From Marsupella aquatica (Eukaryota > Plantae > Marchantiophyta): a DNA stretch of 64,000 nucleotides. The DNA lies in the NCBI GenBank assembly GCA_973895155.1, contig OZ316895.1, forward strand, positions 2,343,659 through 2,407,658. The letters are read 5' to 3'. The notes under the pieces are model-generated. The model was given only the letters and a program-made list of their open reading frames with translations. It searched no databases and was not told the origin of the DNA. Every line of letters begins with the position of its first letter. The stretch's first letter is position 1. The position numbers and the translations under genes are program-made. Positions 27,252-38,680 of this stretch are shown here, piece after piece.

Positions 27252-27839
27252 GAATAACGAGTTTAGAATTTCTACGATAGATCTATAGTAGTAGATAAAT
27301 GATGTGACAGTCCGATATGGAGAAAGCATCTATCCTGCTCAGAATGCCGTTTTTTCGAGTGATATTTGACTCCTGTTCTGGGAATACATCTAACCTGCTC
27401 AGAATGCTTTTTTCTACATTTTCCTCTTTGGTAATGGGGGTCTTCCAGAAAGTTAGACGCAACGCTTGAACCTGGCATCACCCTTCCATGCAAGAAGCCA
27501 AACCATTAGGCAAGACTTGAATTCTATGCCCATGTAAATAATTTTCATTGTCATTACAAATTTCACCTTTCTGTCATATGATCTTTCTCTAAACGGTACA
27601 TGCACTTATCATACTTCCTATTCATTATAAGGTATGTTTTTATTGTCAAAGAGATGAATTGATAAGTGAAGGTAGTCTGGTTTTCAATATGGTTCTCTCA
27701 TACTTGACACATCAACACATTTCTCAAGGATTCTGTCTCATCTCATTAGAAAGTAGTCTGGTCTTCAATTCAGGTTCAATTCAGGTTCTGGTTCACTCAT
27801 ACATGGGCACATTTTTCAAGGATTCTGTCTCATTAGAAA

Positions 27840-28395
27840 CAAACCCTGTGAATATATGGTCCACTAGGCTAATATGTTTGCAAGTACAGTAGCTACCCTG
27901 TGAATGCTACCCTGTGAATATATGGTCCGCTAGGCTGACATGTTTGCCAAGTACAGTAGCTGGTGTGAATTATGGTCTGCAAGGCGAATATGTTTGCCAA
28001 GCAAAGTAGCTGGTGTGAATATATGGTCTGCTAGGCTAATATGTTTGCCAAGTACAATAGCTGGATGTTCAGGATGTTGTCAGTAGACATGGCAAAATAT
28101 GTTAGACCACCATAACTGGAAAAATATGTTTCGTCAATGTAGCTGGATGTTGAGGATGTTGTCAGTACACATGGCAAAATATAACATATTTTATGGTGGT
28201 CAAACATATTTTATAAGCTCAAATATGTTATAAGGTCTCCCAACATTTGTGGGTTGACTATATGTTTGACTATATACCCCATGAAGGGATACTTCCCATC
28301 TTTAACGGTAGACATATTATGCAGGTCAACTGTACATGTTGGACTATATATCCCACAAGGGGATACTTCGCATCTTTAACCATAGACATAATCAT
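27840..28395. repeat. Composite degenerate tandem repeats
   Basis: Four copies of about 50-60 bp GTGAATATATGGTC..CTAGGCTAATATGTTTGCCAAGTACAGTAGCT, two copies of AGCTGGATGTT.AGGATGTTGTCAGTA.ACATGGCAAAATAT, and two copies of GACTATATA.CCCA..A.GGGATACTTC.CATCTTTAAC. Confidence 0.75.
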
Positions 28396-28872
28396 AATTC
28401 ACATTTAGACCCTTGGATTTTGTTTACACAAGAGATATAGCATTGTGCAACACAAGCGTTGCCTGCATGGCCATGGTTCATAAACCTCATTGCCTTACCG
28501 GCACAACTTTGTATGGCAACATCTTTGTAATGCATATTATATTAAGTTATTTGCCTAGAGTTATCTTGTTACTTCTGAAAAAGCTTTCCATCAAATGAAT
28601 TTGTTGCACTATATCCGTCTTGTCAGTGGTCTACCACATTGAAGCTTCGTTCGTTCGTTGTAATCAACAATCCGTGCTTCGTTCCGTGTCAACAATTCCG
28701 TGTCAACAATTCGCTTTGAATAAAGAACCTCAGGGGCACGGGCGCCAAAGCTCCCACAGAGCCATCATGCACAGCATCAAGGACGGGCAGCTTGACACTT
28801 GCGTGGGGGAACCAGCTTTTATGCTATGTAGATTTATCATGTGTTTGACATTCGAAGGGGAGAATTGAGGCC

Positions 28873-29056
28873 TTAGGGTTTAGGGTTTAGGGTTTACCCT
28901 AAACACTTGGAACACGCAAGCTAGAGGTTCTTTAGGGTTTAGGGTTTACCCTAAACCCTAAATCCTTGGAACACGCAAGCTAGAGGTTCCAGGTTTCTCA
29001 GACGACCCTAAATCCTTGGAACACGCAAGCTAGAGGTTCCAGGTTTCTCAGACGAC
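28873..29056. repeat. Interstitial telomeric repeats (TTTAGGG) with inverted junctions, interleaved with a triplicated 25-50 bp unit
   Basis: TTAGGGTTTAGGGTTTAGGGTTTACCCTAAA (from 28873), TTTAGGGTTTAGGGTTTACCCTAAACCCTAAA (28931-28962), and three copies of CTTGGAACACGCAAGCTAGAGGTTC. Confidence 0.85.
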
Positions 29057-30933
29057 GGCTAGGAATTTTTAATGGACGTAATGGACGTAGATTTCACATA
29101 CTACAAAACCGCAGAAGACTCGACCCTGAACTTATTCCTACCCATGGCATAAAAAAACAACTCTTAACGTTCTCAGCAACTGCATTTACTTTGCAAAATT
29201 TGTTCAAAATTTACACGCCTCGCATATACATTAACAGGAGCTCTAGTCATTCCATAGTGAGGTCGAGCGAGAGATTGTCCTATACAGGAACTCGCTTGAA
29301 CTGCACGCACGAGTTGCTTAGCTCAAGGATTTCTCCACGTAATAGCTGCTGCCTCCGTATCACAATGCGAACTCTATCTCACAGAAGACTCAGAAGTGCT
29401 AGGCTGTCCAATTCGAAGCTTCCTACAGTGAAGAGCGCCTTCCCTTGTAGAAGAATCCTGCAATTCATGTGAACGAACAATCTAGAGTGACGATTAAGCA
29501 AAATTTTCGTAATCTGAAGCAAGGCATTAGCCTCCATGCAAAACCCAGACCAGAGCGTACAAGCTCACTTTACATTTCAAAAGAGTACAAAGTTCACCTT
29601 CCTCAGTATTATCGTTACTATAGCGCGGCAAGGGATTACAGGCTCTATCAAAGTAGAGATCAAAACAACTGAAGACAACGACCAAAGGAGTCTGGATAAT
29701 TCAGCGGTGGATATTTCATAGAAAGGCCTCATATCTTGGTGGTAGAAATTCTCAAGTAGCTTGTGAGCTATCGACAGTAGCAAATATGATGAAATCATTG
29801 GCCGGGGGTAGGGGAAACTCATCAGACTACAACCACAACTTCGCTTTGAGGTAAGAGCAAAAATACTAGCAAGTAGGGGGAGAAATACAAAAATTAGCCT
29901 CAGAGATCTTGGTGATAATTCTTGTAATCATCTGGCAAAATACCATAAAGAGTAGCAAATATTTCTCCTCATCATCGGCTACAAGAGCGAAACAGGACTA
30001 GAACGCTCATCGGTCGTTACTTCAACGTCCTCTGGCTTAAGGAGAAATAATGCCCGTTCCAATCCTGGCTACAAGATCGAGAAAGGACTAAAACGGTCAT
30101 TACTTCTACATCCTCTGGCTTCAGGAGAAATAATGCCCGTTCTATTCCTTCAAACCACAACAAGATGAACACGCAAAGCTGAGTGACCCCAGTGACAGAT
30201 GTTCAAATGCTAAGCTACTGAACTCAGCCTCATCCAACAATCACTTTCTCGTCATGCAGCAAGTTGCTGTACGACTGACGTGCAAATCGTGATTTACTAA
30301 TCATTGGCGTGTAATACTCATCAGAACGATGCGCAAAATAGATATAGTAGGCAAAGGCGAAGACGTTTGAGAATCCTTGCAGTTCATAATAAAACTCAAC
30401 CAGACGAGCCTAATATCGATCTTACATCGAGCACCGCACATTTCAACTTACTGGAGAGGTTTCTGCTGAGTTTCTTAGTGAGGAAACTAGATTCTAAAAC
30501 CACCCTGCGACCAAGCCTCATTCTAAAATCACTTTCTCGTCATTAACCTGTAAAGGCTTACGACTGACGTGCAAATCGTGATTTACTAATCATAGGCATC
30601 CGGGTATAACCGGACTTCAGAATCAGTAGGCTCCAGCTCTACGAGAACTGTTGTGACCAACCATAGATGCAAAAGACTGGTGAAAGAGCAGCACCTCAAT
30701 ATTTACGGGCCTGGGCAGAATCCAAGTACGAATGACCGTTGTCATACTTAGAAATATCGTCAAATAATGAAGGGGGAGATGTCCCGCCGTTGAAGACACA
30801 GTCGAAGCTGGCATTGGAACGACAATAGAGTGAGATTTTCGCGCCTCAGAAGACAACAAACTGAAAAGGATAGTCTAAATCACCCCAGACGTTCAATACA
30901 GAATTTTGGTACATCTGGCATACCTTCGACGAC

Positions 30934-32516
30934 TCAGTTCTTCTTCGACACCACGGTGGAGATGTAGAAGTTCCAACATATGGCACATGTTGACATGAAG
31001 GCAACTCGTGCATCCAAAGGCACCACTCCAAAATTGAGAAAACTCACTGGAGTCCAAAACTTCCAGCCTGCAGAAAAAGAACTGAACACATTTAGATTGA
31101 TGGTACCTTAGACAGAATGACCGTACAGATCAGGGCTAGGGCTTCGGAGGGTTATCGACGGTGTTCAAAACTAGCGAGGTAGACATAGACTCGGGTCATA
31201 TCCAGCACAATGTGCTACTCAGGATGACAGAGAGGCCCAGGACTGACTTCCTTTGGGAAGTTGCAGAAGAAAACTAAGACAGGAGTGCCAAGACATTCCG
31301 ATTGAGCTGGAGTCCCAGCCCAAGAAAGCTTACCATCCACCAGGGTAGGGAAGGCCTTGTAACGGTACATGTCCGGGAGATAACTTAGTCGCCCTTGCCA
31401 GCCAGAATTCCAAGCGAAGACGATGGCAATAACTATGGGACCAAGCACCAGTTGGTTCAGTGCTACCTGCAATTTCCACCGAACTCAGTAAGTAGAATGA
31501 AGCACATCGCTCTAATGGAGCATCTCGATTGAGACTACCAAAGCTCATTTCTGTTGCACTGCTGTACGACGCAACCTGATTAGGGTCCTTTTTTGATAGA
31601 ACTACTCCAGACGCCACAGCCTCGCACGAGCCAATATGACCACATCGTACTATAACAAAACGTTAATAGCAAGAAATAAGCCTATCCACAACACCTTCCA
31701 CAACGTGGGGGCTCCCCTCACAGTACCTTAGCGGAAAAATTCGCGAGAGTTTTGGCTGGCATTTGGCTGTCCAGTAGCTTGTACCACCAGTCAGAAAGTG
31801 GCCCATACAGCAAGAATCCGTAGCTTGCCATTCGCAGGGATCTGACGAAGTCATGCCGCCAAAGGGTATCGTCCGTTAAAATCTGCACTAAGAGGGACCG
31901 TTTGAGTCGAACATCAGAATCCGAGCGGAAGCAATCTTACTCAATGACTCACATCTAGCGCGTACAAACATTCGCACAAAAGTGAAGAGCACTCAGAATG
32001 CAAAAATAAGACATTTGGTACAGAGAATGCTGGAAAATCGTTACACCTCAGACCGTAATTTTAAACTAATGAACCTCATAGATGGGGCTGGCAAGCGAAG
32101 AGTTAATATTTAATTGGAAAAAGCCCTATGTACAGCCGACAACGAAAAGCATGACAATCCACCCATCTGAAAGGTCATTCATCAAAAACAGGTATTCAGA
32201 GTCATTCATCAAAAACAAGTATTCAGAGTAGAAAATATGCAAAACTCACATCCTTCCGTGAAGAGAATTTCATCAGCGACTTTCGGCTTTCATAGCGACC
32301 ATAGAACTGCGCAGCGGTGTCCCCAACAAGCGCAAGACCACCAGACGTCAAGCCAGCCTTCAAAGGAAACTTCCACTTCTGCTTCGGAGCAGTCAGCTCA
32401 GGCTCCACTGAGCCCTCACCAATACCACCATCCACAGCCCTGGGCGGAGGGAGCCTGCCAGACCCGAATGGTAAATCGAATCCTCCAAGCCCGTGGACGA
32501 GACCTCGGCCCCACAT
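30934..32516 (-). CDS. Mpv17/PMP22 family membrane protein
   Basis: Exons 32516-32250, 31882-31727, about 31466-31334 and 31067-30934 give MWGRG..KFPLKAGLTSGGLALVGDTAAQ..HDFVRSLRMASYGFLLYGPLSDWWYKLLD..KVALNQLVLGPIVIAIVFAWN..PTLVDGWKFWTPVSFLNFGVVPLDARVAFMSTCAICWNFYISTVVSKKN*, with the Mpv17/PMP22 hallmark motifs. Confidence 0.93.
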
Positions 32517-32866
32517 TCTCGCCCCTTAGCTCCGACGCCTGTCTTGTCTTTTGAGACACACTCTAGAACATGCTTCACAATTCGCCTCCTTCCTTTCTCA
32601 CCACCGCAAAACAAAGGCTGGTACCTCGACCAGCTTCAGCCCAGCGGAGCTATGGAAAAGCTGAGTTCCTGAGTGAAAGACGGACCGTTTCACCAGTGAC
32701 AAACCCACAACGAGGACTTCCCCGACCATGATAGATGGACTGGAGGCGGCCTCCATGGTAGACTCTCAGCTTACCCACAAAAAGGTGTGGTGGGACTGCG
32801 GCTGTCGGATGATGTGTGGTGGCGGCCTCGCCTCTGAGCTTTATCCTGCGTACTCAGCTCAGCTAA

Positions 32867-32994
32867 CCTAAAAAACGGAAGAAAACTGGGAGGAGGTGTG
32901 CAACACTAAATAAGCTCGACGGTTCAGTTCGGGTTCCATCAAAATGCTACCCCTAAAAAACAGAAGAAAACTGGGAGGAGGCGTGCAATACTAA
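32867..32994. repeat. About 85-bp tandem duplication upstream of the Mpv17 gene; copy 2 is split by transposon insertions and resumes at 38391-38432
   Basis: Copy 1 (32867-32951): CCTAAAAAACGGAAGAAAACTGGGAGGAGGTGTGCAACACTAAATAAGCTCGACGGTTCAGTTCGGGTTCCATCAAAATGCTACC. Copy 2: CCTAAAAAACAGAAGAAAACTGGGAGGAGGCGTGCAATACTAA [TEs] GCTCGACGGTTCAGTTCGGGTTCGATCAAAATGCTACC. Confidence 0.9.
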
Positions 32995-33324
32995 GGTGTG
33001 TCTTCCATTAGCCCTCGAACGCAGGTGTTCAGGGTTTCCCTTTAATCTCCAAAAAACGGAGAGGCAATCTCAGCCGCTCATCATTTCAGGGTAACCCCCA
33101 AGTTGAAAAGCAGAGTGGAAGGGTTGCGGGGCCTTCCACTCTTCGTTGGCAGCCCTCAAGGTTACCGGCGCAACATGAATACCGGCACTTTTTACTTTCA
33201 ATAGCCGGTTTGGTGACGGTCACTTTTCAAAACACACTCATGCACTTTGAATGCAATGTTTGTGGCCCCGAAAGTGTTGTAGCGCTAGCGCCATTTTCCA
33301 TCAATTTTTGTAGTCGACGTCAAT

Positions 33325-34564
33325 ATGGGGGACAACTGCAGTGAAAGCGATCCTTGTTATTTCACGTTGCTCTATCAATTACGTCCTCTGTTGGAGTCAA
33401 TTGATCGCGGACATTGTGAATTGGCAGGTGAGTTTTCAAGAATTGGCTGGAGCATCGTGCATTGAGTTTATGACTTGATTGTTTCTTTTCTATGGTTTAC
33501 GTGTGTCATTTGTTCTTCAATTGCAATTTATCAATCTCGTTGTTAATTTTGATCTCTTGTAGCGCCGTTCACTGCAATAATGGAGACTCCAAATGCTGCT
33601 CCTCAACCTACAAATGTTTGCAATCTGTCACCTGTTGGTGGTGCAAACCAGAATTCATTCTCTCAAACTACAGCAAATGGTGAGCAGACTACGACGAGGC
33701 AGTGGAAGTTGCATGAGTTGGGGCTCTTGATTGCTGCAAAACGAATGGAACATGAGAAGTCGATAAACCTCTCAGCAAGAGACAGAATTAAGAGTGCAGA
33801 CCAGAAGTGGAGAGAAATTCTATCCTTCCTTGCCAAAGATGGGGTGGTGCGACAAGCTACGCAGGTAAAAAAACGGTGGGAGAAACTCATGACTGACTTC
33901 AAAAAAGTTTATGACTACCAGAGTGGTCAACCTAGTTACTATGAGATGGGAAGCGAAGACAGGAAATCAAGAAAGTTGTCGGTCAATCTTCCTCATGAAC
34001 TATTCGAAGGCATGGAATGTTGGTTGGGGAACAACAGAGTTATAATCCTTCACAAAACCAAGTTGTCGACACTGGCACTATGGAGCACACTCAGCAGGCT
34101 GCACAATCTGACAGAGAGCTTAGCACTCAATTTGCTAGCAGCACCCACATTGGAGCTAAAGGAAGACATTCCCGCTGAATTCAAAGCAGAAGTTGACTCC
34201 CCCCCTGAAAATATGGAACATTCCGCTGCAGAGGGACCGGGAGAGGCACAAAGAGGAAGGCCACCCCCAAAGGCAAGTCACTACACTGGTGTGAAGAAAA
34301 ACAGACAAGACAAGCTTGATGAACAATTCAAGAAGACCACCACTGCATTCCTTGACTTTCTCGGCAAGGATGGAAAAGTCTGCACGACACTTCCATCCTG
34401 GACTGGGAGAAGGATAAGCACGATAGACTTGTAGCTTTGGAGCTCAAGAAACATCAGGAAATTGTGGAACAGCAATCAAAGATGACAGCCGCAATGTCAA
34501 ATGCAATTGTTTGTGTCTCAAATTCTATCAGATTTTTTGCTACGGAGGTTGCACGTAAGAACTA
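33325..34564 (+). pseudogene. Myb/SANT-like (trihelix-type) DNA-binding protein of the Harbinger element, probably frameshifted toward the C-terminus
   Basis: ORF 33580-34434 contains WKLHELGLLIAAK...DQKWREILSFLAKDGVVRQATQVKKRWEKLMTDFKKVYDYQ..SYYEMGSEDRKSRKLSVNL, a trihelix Myb/SANT pattern. A candidate first exon 33325-33427 (G|GTGAG) splices in frame to the acceptor at 33563. A coiled-coil-like continuation lies in other frames after about 34400. Confidence 0.85.
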
Positions 34565-35776
34565 GGAAAGGTAGTTCAAGATCACATGACTATTATATGT
34601 GTTGAAGAGAAGGCAAACCTGTTTGCGGAGAGCTCTGAGCGGTTTATATAGGAATTTCATTTTTTATAGGACTTGCAATTTGTGAACCTATCACAAGCAG
34701 TTTTCTATAGTGGAATCTTTGTTTTAGAGGCGTAGGTTGAATCGTAAGTCATTGTGGAGAAATCGGTTGTGACTAGAGTAATCTAAGAAGCCTACAAGGC
34801 CAGATTGAAATGGATTTTCTATTGAGTATGATGAAGCTTGAATGCAACGTAGAGACCACTTTTTGATCATTTGTATATTTGGACTCTTTGTACATTTGAC
34901 TGGGCATTGTAAAGCTTTCAATTTTGTGTGGCCTACAATCTTCGAGACCCCCCTCTGAGAATCAGATCTTTCTTGCATACAATGCCATTTGTGCCCAAGA
35001 ATAATTCAGTTTGCATCAATACTCTTGTGTGTCCATTGTTCGTAATAATTATATGCTCCCATGCATTAAGAGTAAAAGTTCTCAAACAGATTGAGAGCAA
35101 AAAGCCATTCCATTTTTTGGTAAATTACTTCCCAATGCACATAAGCAACAACACACGATGATTCCTCACATTTTTTGGTAAACGAGTCTCCAACGCAAAT
35201 GAGCCAACAGTACACAGGAATGATTCAATGCAGATGTGCAACATGGCAATGAATGATTCCACACAAGGAGCACTTTGCATGTCTCAATATTTGTGCATCT
35301 GTAGAGTCCATGGGCTACTCTCGACAAGTCCCTCAGTACTTACCATTGAGCTCCTAATAGCTCATGCACTATAGATAATTCTGGGGCAACGTGAATGGCA
35401 TTATATAATTATTCAATGTAGGTTGGCTCTTTTCTAGATCCTGCTATAAGGTTCCCTGGATAGTACGATGGACTCCACAAAAAAAATCAGCAGTACCAAG
35501 GTGGACCCTGGTGAACAGTGGATGTGCTCCATCACTCCATCACGGTGGCAGAGGATGTAAAGTGTGCCATTAAAATTGAGAGAATTACAATAGTGCAATC
35601 TATCCAAGACCGACAATAAGGCAGTTATGTCCACGATCGCGGGTGGCAACAATTTGACATATAAATCCTCTAAAACAAAGTAGTATCTTGGGCTACCAAT
35701 TGTGAAATAGCAATCACTGCTAATCACTGACATCGTCATCATCTATATTCCCATTGATTTCATATTTACTTTTGTA

Positions 35777-37160
35777 TCACATATTCCTATGTCCTCTTCT
35801 GCCGTCCAAAGACCAAACCTTGTTTAAAAGATTATCTCTAGCCTCTAGGCCCCCTTCCATGTACTCCCTTCTTGGAACATGTACACCAAAGTATCCACCA
35901 GGGTGAGCTGAGATACCACGTAGCAGATCTGGCCTCATTGATTCCCCATGGTCAATCAACAAATTATGAAGGATGCAGCAACAGTAGATCATTGGACCAA
36001 CCCTATCCTTTTTGGGTTTCCACAAAATTCTGCTGAGAATTTGCCAAATCCCTTTCAATTGTCCAAATGCTCTTTCTACTGCCATGCGAGCTTGAGAGTG
36101 TCGATGATTAAACCAATCATGTTCGTCAGACAACCCTCTAGTGAAGGGTACCATTAGCCAAGGATAGAGTGGGTATCCAGCGTCACCCAAGACATATTCT
36201 CTCAAGATAGAGCTGTCATTGTTGCAAATATATTCTAGGCCATGCAATTTTGTCCTGCAATATTCTACATCTCTAAAGAATGTAGAAACCCTCAACGTAC
36301 AACCTGGTATCTTGGATACTTCCAGGCCAGCCAACAACCACGTTTAAAAATCGCAGCTTTAAATCCACTACGGCTTGCATTGAAACAAATAGCTTTTTTT
36401 TTAAGTCAAAATAGTCTTGGCTCCTTTCAGATGCAGGCAAATCAAGAGGAAAATGTGTGCCATCAATGGCCCCTAAACAATTAGGGAATCCCCACCATGC
36501 AAGAAACTCCAACTTCACCTCATCGAGTTCAGCTGCAACTGGCCATTTGATGAGCCCCTTTCCTTGTTTGTTGACTCCTTGGATAAATTTCCAAGTAACC
36601 TTGATAAATGTACTACAAGAAACTCCAAATAACTCTCCAATGCCAAGGAATTGATCGCCTATTGCTAGCCTCCTCAGTCCTATTGCAACTTGCCTCTCCA
36701 CACTGAGCTTTCGGTTAGGCAATGAGCAGAATTTCAGAGGCGGATTTGTCACCATGTCATCATGCACCATTTCACATATTGCATAGAAAGTAGGTGGGCT
36801 CACTCTGAAGAAATCCTTGAACCTTTCAGGATCCTCAAGTGGAACTCAATCTATGAATAGATAGAACCATTGGATGCTTCTTGGTTTGATATACCAATTA
36901 AGGGCAATCTATTTGACGTTTCCTTGCAAAATAACTCCTGAGAATTCGCAAATATAGCCAAATTTCCTTCCATTGCTCGTCACTGTCACGTTTCCTTTTA
37001 CGTGATGGCAGATTGATAGTCATGGAGGCTAGCTGAAATTGCACCTTCACTGGATAACAATTGTTTGTTCATCAATAGAGTGGAATCAAGAACTCCCATC
37101 ATCAATGTTGTCCAAGAAAATAACACTGCCAAGATTGAATTGAAGTGATTAGGCTCCATG
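35777..37160 (-). pseudogene. Harbinger/PIF DDE transposase (DDE_Tnp_4, HARBI1/ALP1-like), disrupted
   Basis: WYIKPRSIQWF..*..EDPERFKDFFRVSPPTFYAIC..LSVERQVAIGLRRLA..FGVS..WP..GFPNCLGAIDGTH..MQAVVD..RFLNVVVGWPGSIQDTR, then a frameshift at about 36300, then LRVSTFF..EYVLGDAGYPLYPWLMVPF..FNHRHSQARMAVERAFGQLKGIWQIL..CCILHNLL. The D-D-E triad is present. There is an in-frame stop at about 36846 and N-terminal frameshifts. Confidence 0.93.
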
Positions 37161-38066
37161 GTCTCTCTATAACGTGAATCCACCATCCACGAGATTGATA
37201 ATTCCTCTCTAGAATACTCCACACAAATTTCCACACAAATACTTGACAAGATCAGTTGAAGCTGAGAGAGGCAGAGAAGGGAAGAGTCGAAGGCACCAGT
37301 TCAATTCATGCCTTGTCAAAATGACTCTCTGTACAATACAAGATCAAGGAAAAGGGTAGTTGTCAACACAACAATTAACCCAACTGAGCTGTACTAAAGA
37401 GTTTCGCTTTTGTGTTCTAGTAAAATTTTGTTGTGTTTCCGATACGTGATGCAATTGATTGAACAAAATCAAAGAGCATGGACAACATTTAATCCCGTCC
37501 TGTGCATTCCAAAATGAACATCGTAAATTGACTACGTACTTTGCACTGTCAATCATTGCAGTTTGAGCAGGTGAATGACTACAATTGTGATGTGCTCCGT
37601 AAAATTTTAATGTGCTTTGCTGGTTGCTGCTTTGGATCACATTGTTTTGACTTACGTAAGCACTGAATTCTACTTCCCTCCGAAATTGTATATGCTATTA
37701 GAACTAGAGAGAAGCAAAATGGACTCACTTGTGAAACGCGCAACTGCTCCACCGCCTCTGAAATTGTGTACGCTACAGGGGAAGAACAAAGTGGCTCCCA
37801 CTTGTGAAAGGCACACCCACTCCACTGCCTCCAAAATTGTGTATGCTAAAGTGGAAAAACAATGTGACAATGTGGACTCCCAGTTATGAAACACGCAAAT
37901 GGGTCCACCGTCAGAAGTGCCAGTTCCATAGTTTAGGTCTCTCTCACACAATTTTCTGGGTTGCGGGCAAATGGAAATAAACTGGTGCTGCCCTCTATTC
38001 AAAACAGGGGTTGAGACAAGTTGAGGGTTGAGGGCCCGTTTGAGGACTAATGGAATACTCACCTAA

Positions 38067-38390
38067 GGGCCGTCTTGCATGTGCAAGGTCCTTTGATATT
38101 CGGCCTTCAAATGAACCCGTGGCATCTCTAAAGGAAGTGACAAGCCGACAGTCCTAATGGCATCTTTGCAGGATATGCAAGGGCAAGGGCTGGAAATTTT
38201 CCGGCCCGCCCTTGAGGTCCCGAACCCTGAACTTTGAATAAAACAAAATTGCAGTAGACTCGAGTGAATAAGCACTTCACACGTAAGTTGTTCTTTATTG
38301 TGTTTAGATCCTGGGTCCACACTTTTTCCCGACATCTGTGGGTTGCTAAGGGTCGCATTTTTCAGGACTTTTGCACATGCAAGACAGCCC
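38067..38390. mobile_element. Tourist-like MITE (324 bp), PIF/Harbinger superfamily
   Basis: TIR GGGCCGTCTTGCATGTGCAA (left) and TTGCACATGCAAGACAGCCC (right). Flanked by TAA (38064-38066 and 38391-38393). No coding capacity. Confidence 0.9.
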
Positions 38391-38479
38391 TAAGCTCGAC
38401 GGTTCAGTTCGGGTTCGATCAAAATGCTACCCTTGTCAATAATAAACCTTAACTCACTGGTTATGGACACAAAAAGTTA

Positions 38480-38680
38480 TGTACTGGAAAATTCAATACT
38501 AACTCCATAATTTTTTGCAGTTAGTATTGGTCTTATCCCGACAGATGCGCCAAATGGGGAGACAGAAATCCTACAGGCGAAAAGACTCAATAATGGGAGG
38601 GAGAAGAGGAAGGCCTTGAGAAGACCTATCGGCCCAACAAGCCAAGGAGTCCCCCACAACATCAAAAAGTCCACTAAGAA
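38480..38680. repeat. Dispersed repeat fragment related, in inverted orientation, to 53140-53330
   Basis: CAAGCCAAGGAGTCCCCCACAA and GCCAAATGGGGAGACAG here match the reverse complements CAAGCCAAGAGGTCCCCCACAA and GCCAAACGGGGAGACAG near 53158-53265. Confidence 0.55.

Larger units (their letters stand above)
32995..38063. mobile_element. PIF/Harbinger DNA transposon, full-length structure with degenerate ORFs
   Basis: Left end GGTGTGTCTTCCATTAGCCCTCGAACG; right end reverse-complemented GGTGAGTATTCCATTAGTCCTCAAACG (27-bp imperfect TIR). TAA on both sides (32992-32994, 38064-38066). Encodes convergent Myb/SANT and DDE transposase genes, the standard two-gene PIF/Harbinger layout. The flanks rejoin to rebuild the 85-bp repeat unit. 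Confidence 0.95.

Noticed and set aside
27840-28395. CRISPR-like appearance of regularly recurring repeats
   Set aside because: The units are contiguous degenerate tandem copies without unique spacers, there are no cas genes, and the context is a plant nuclear genome.
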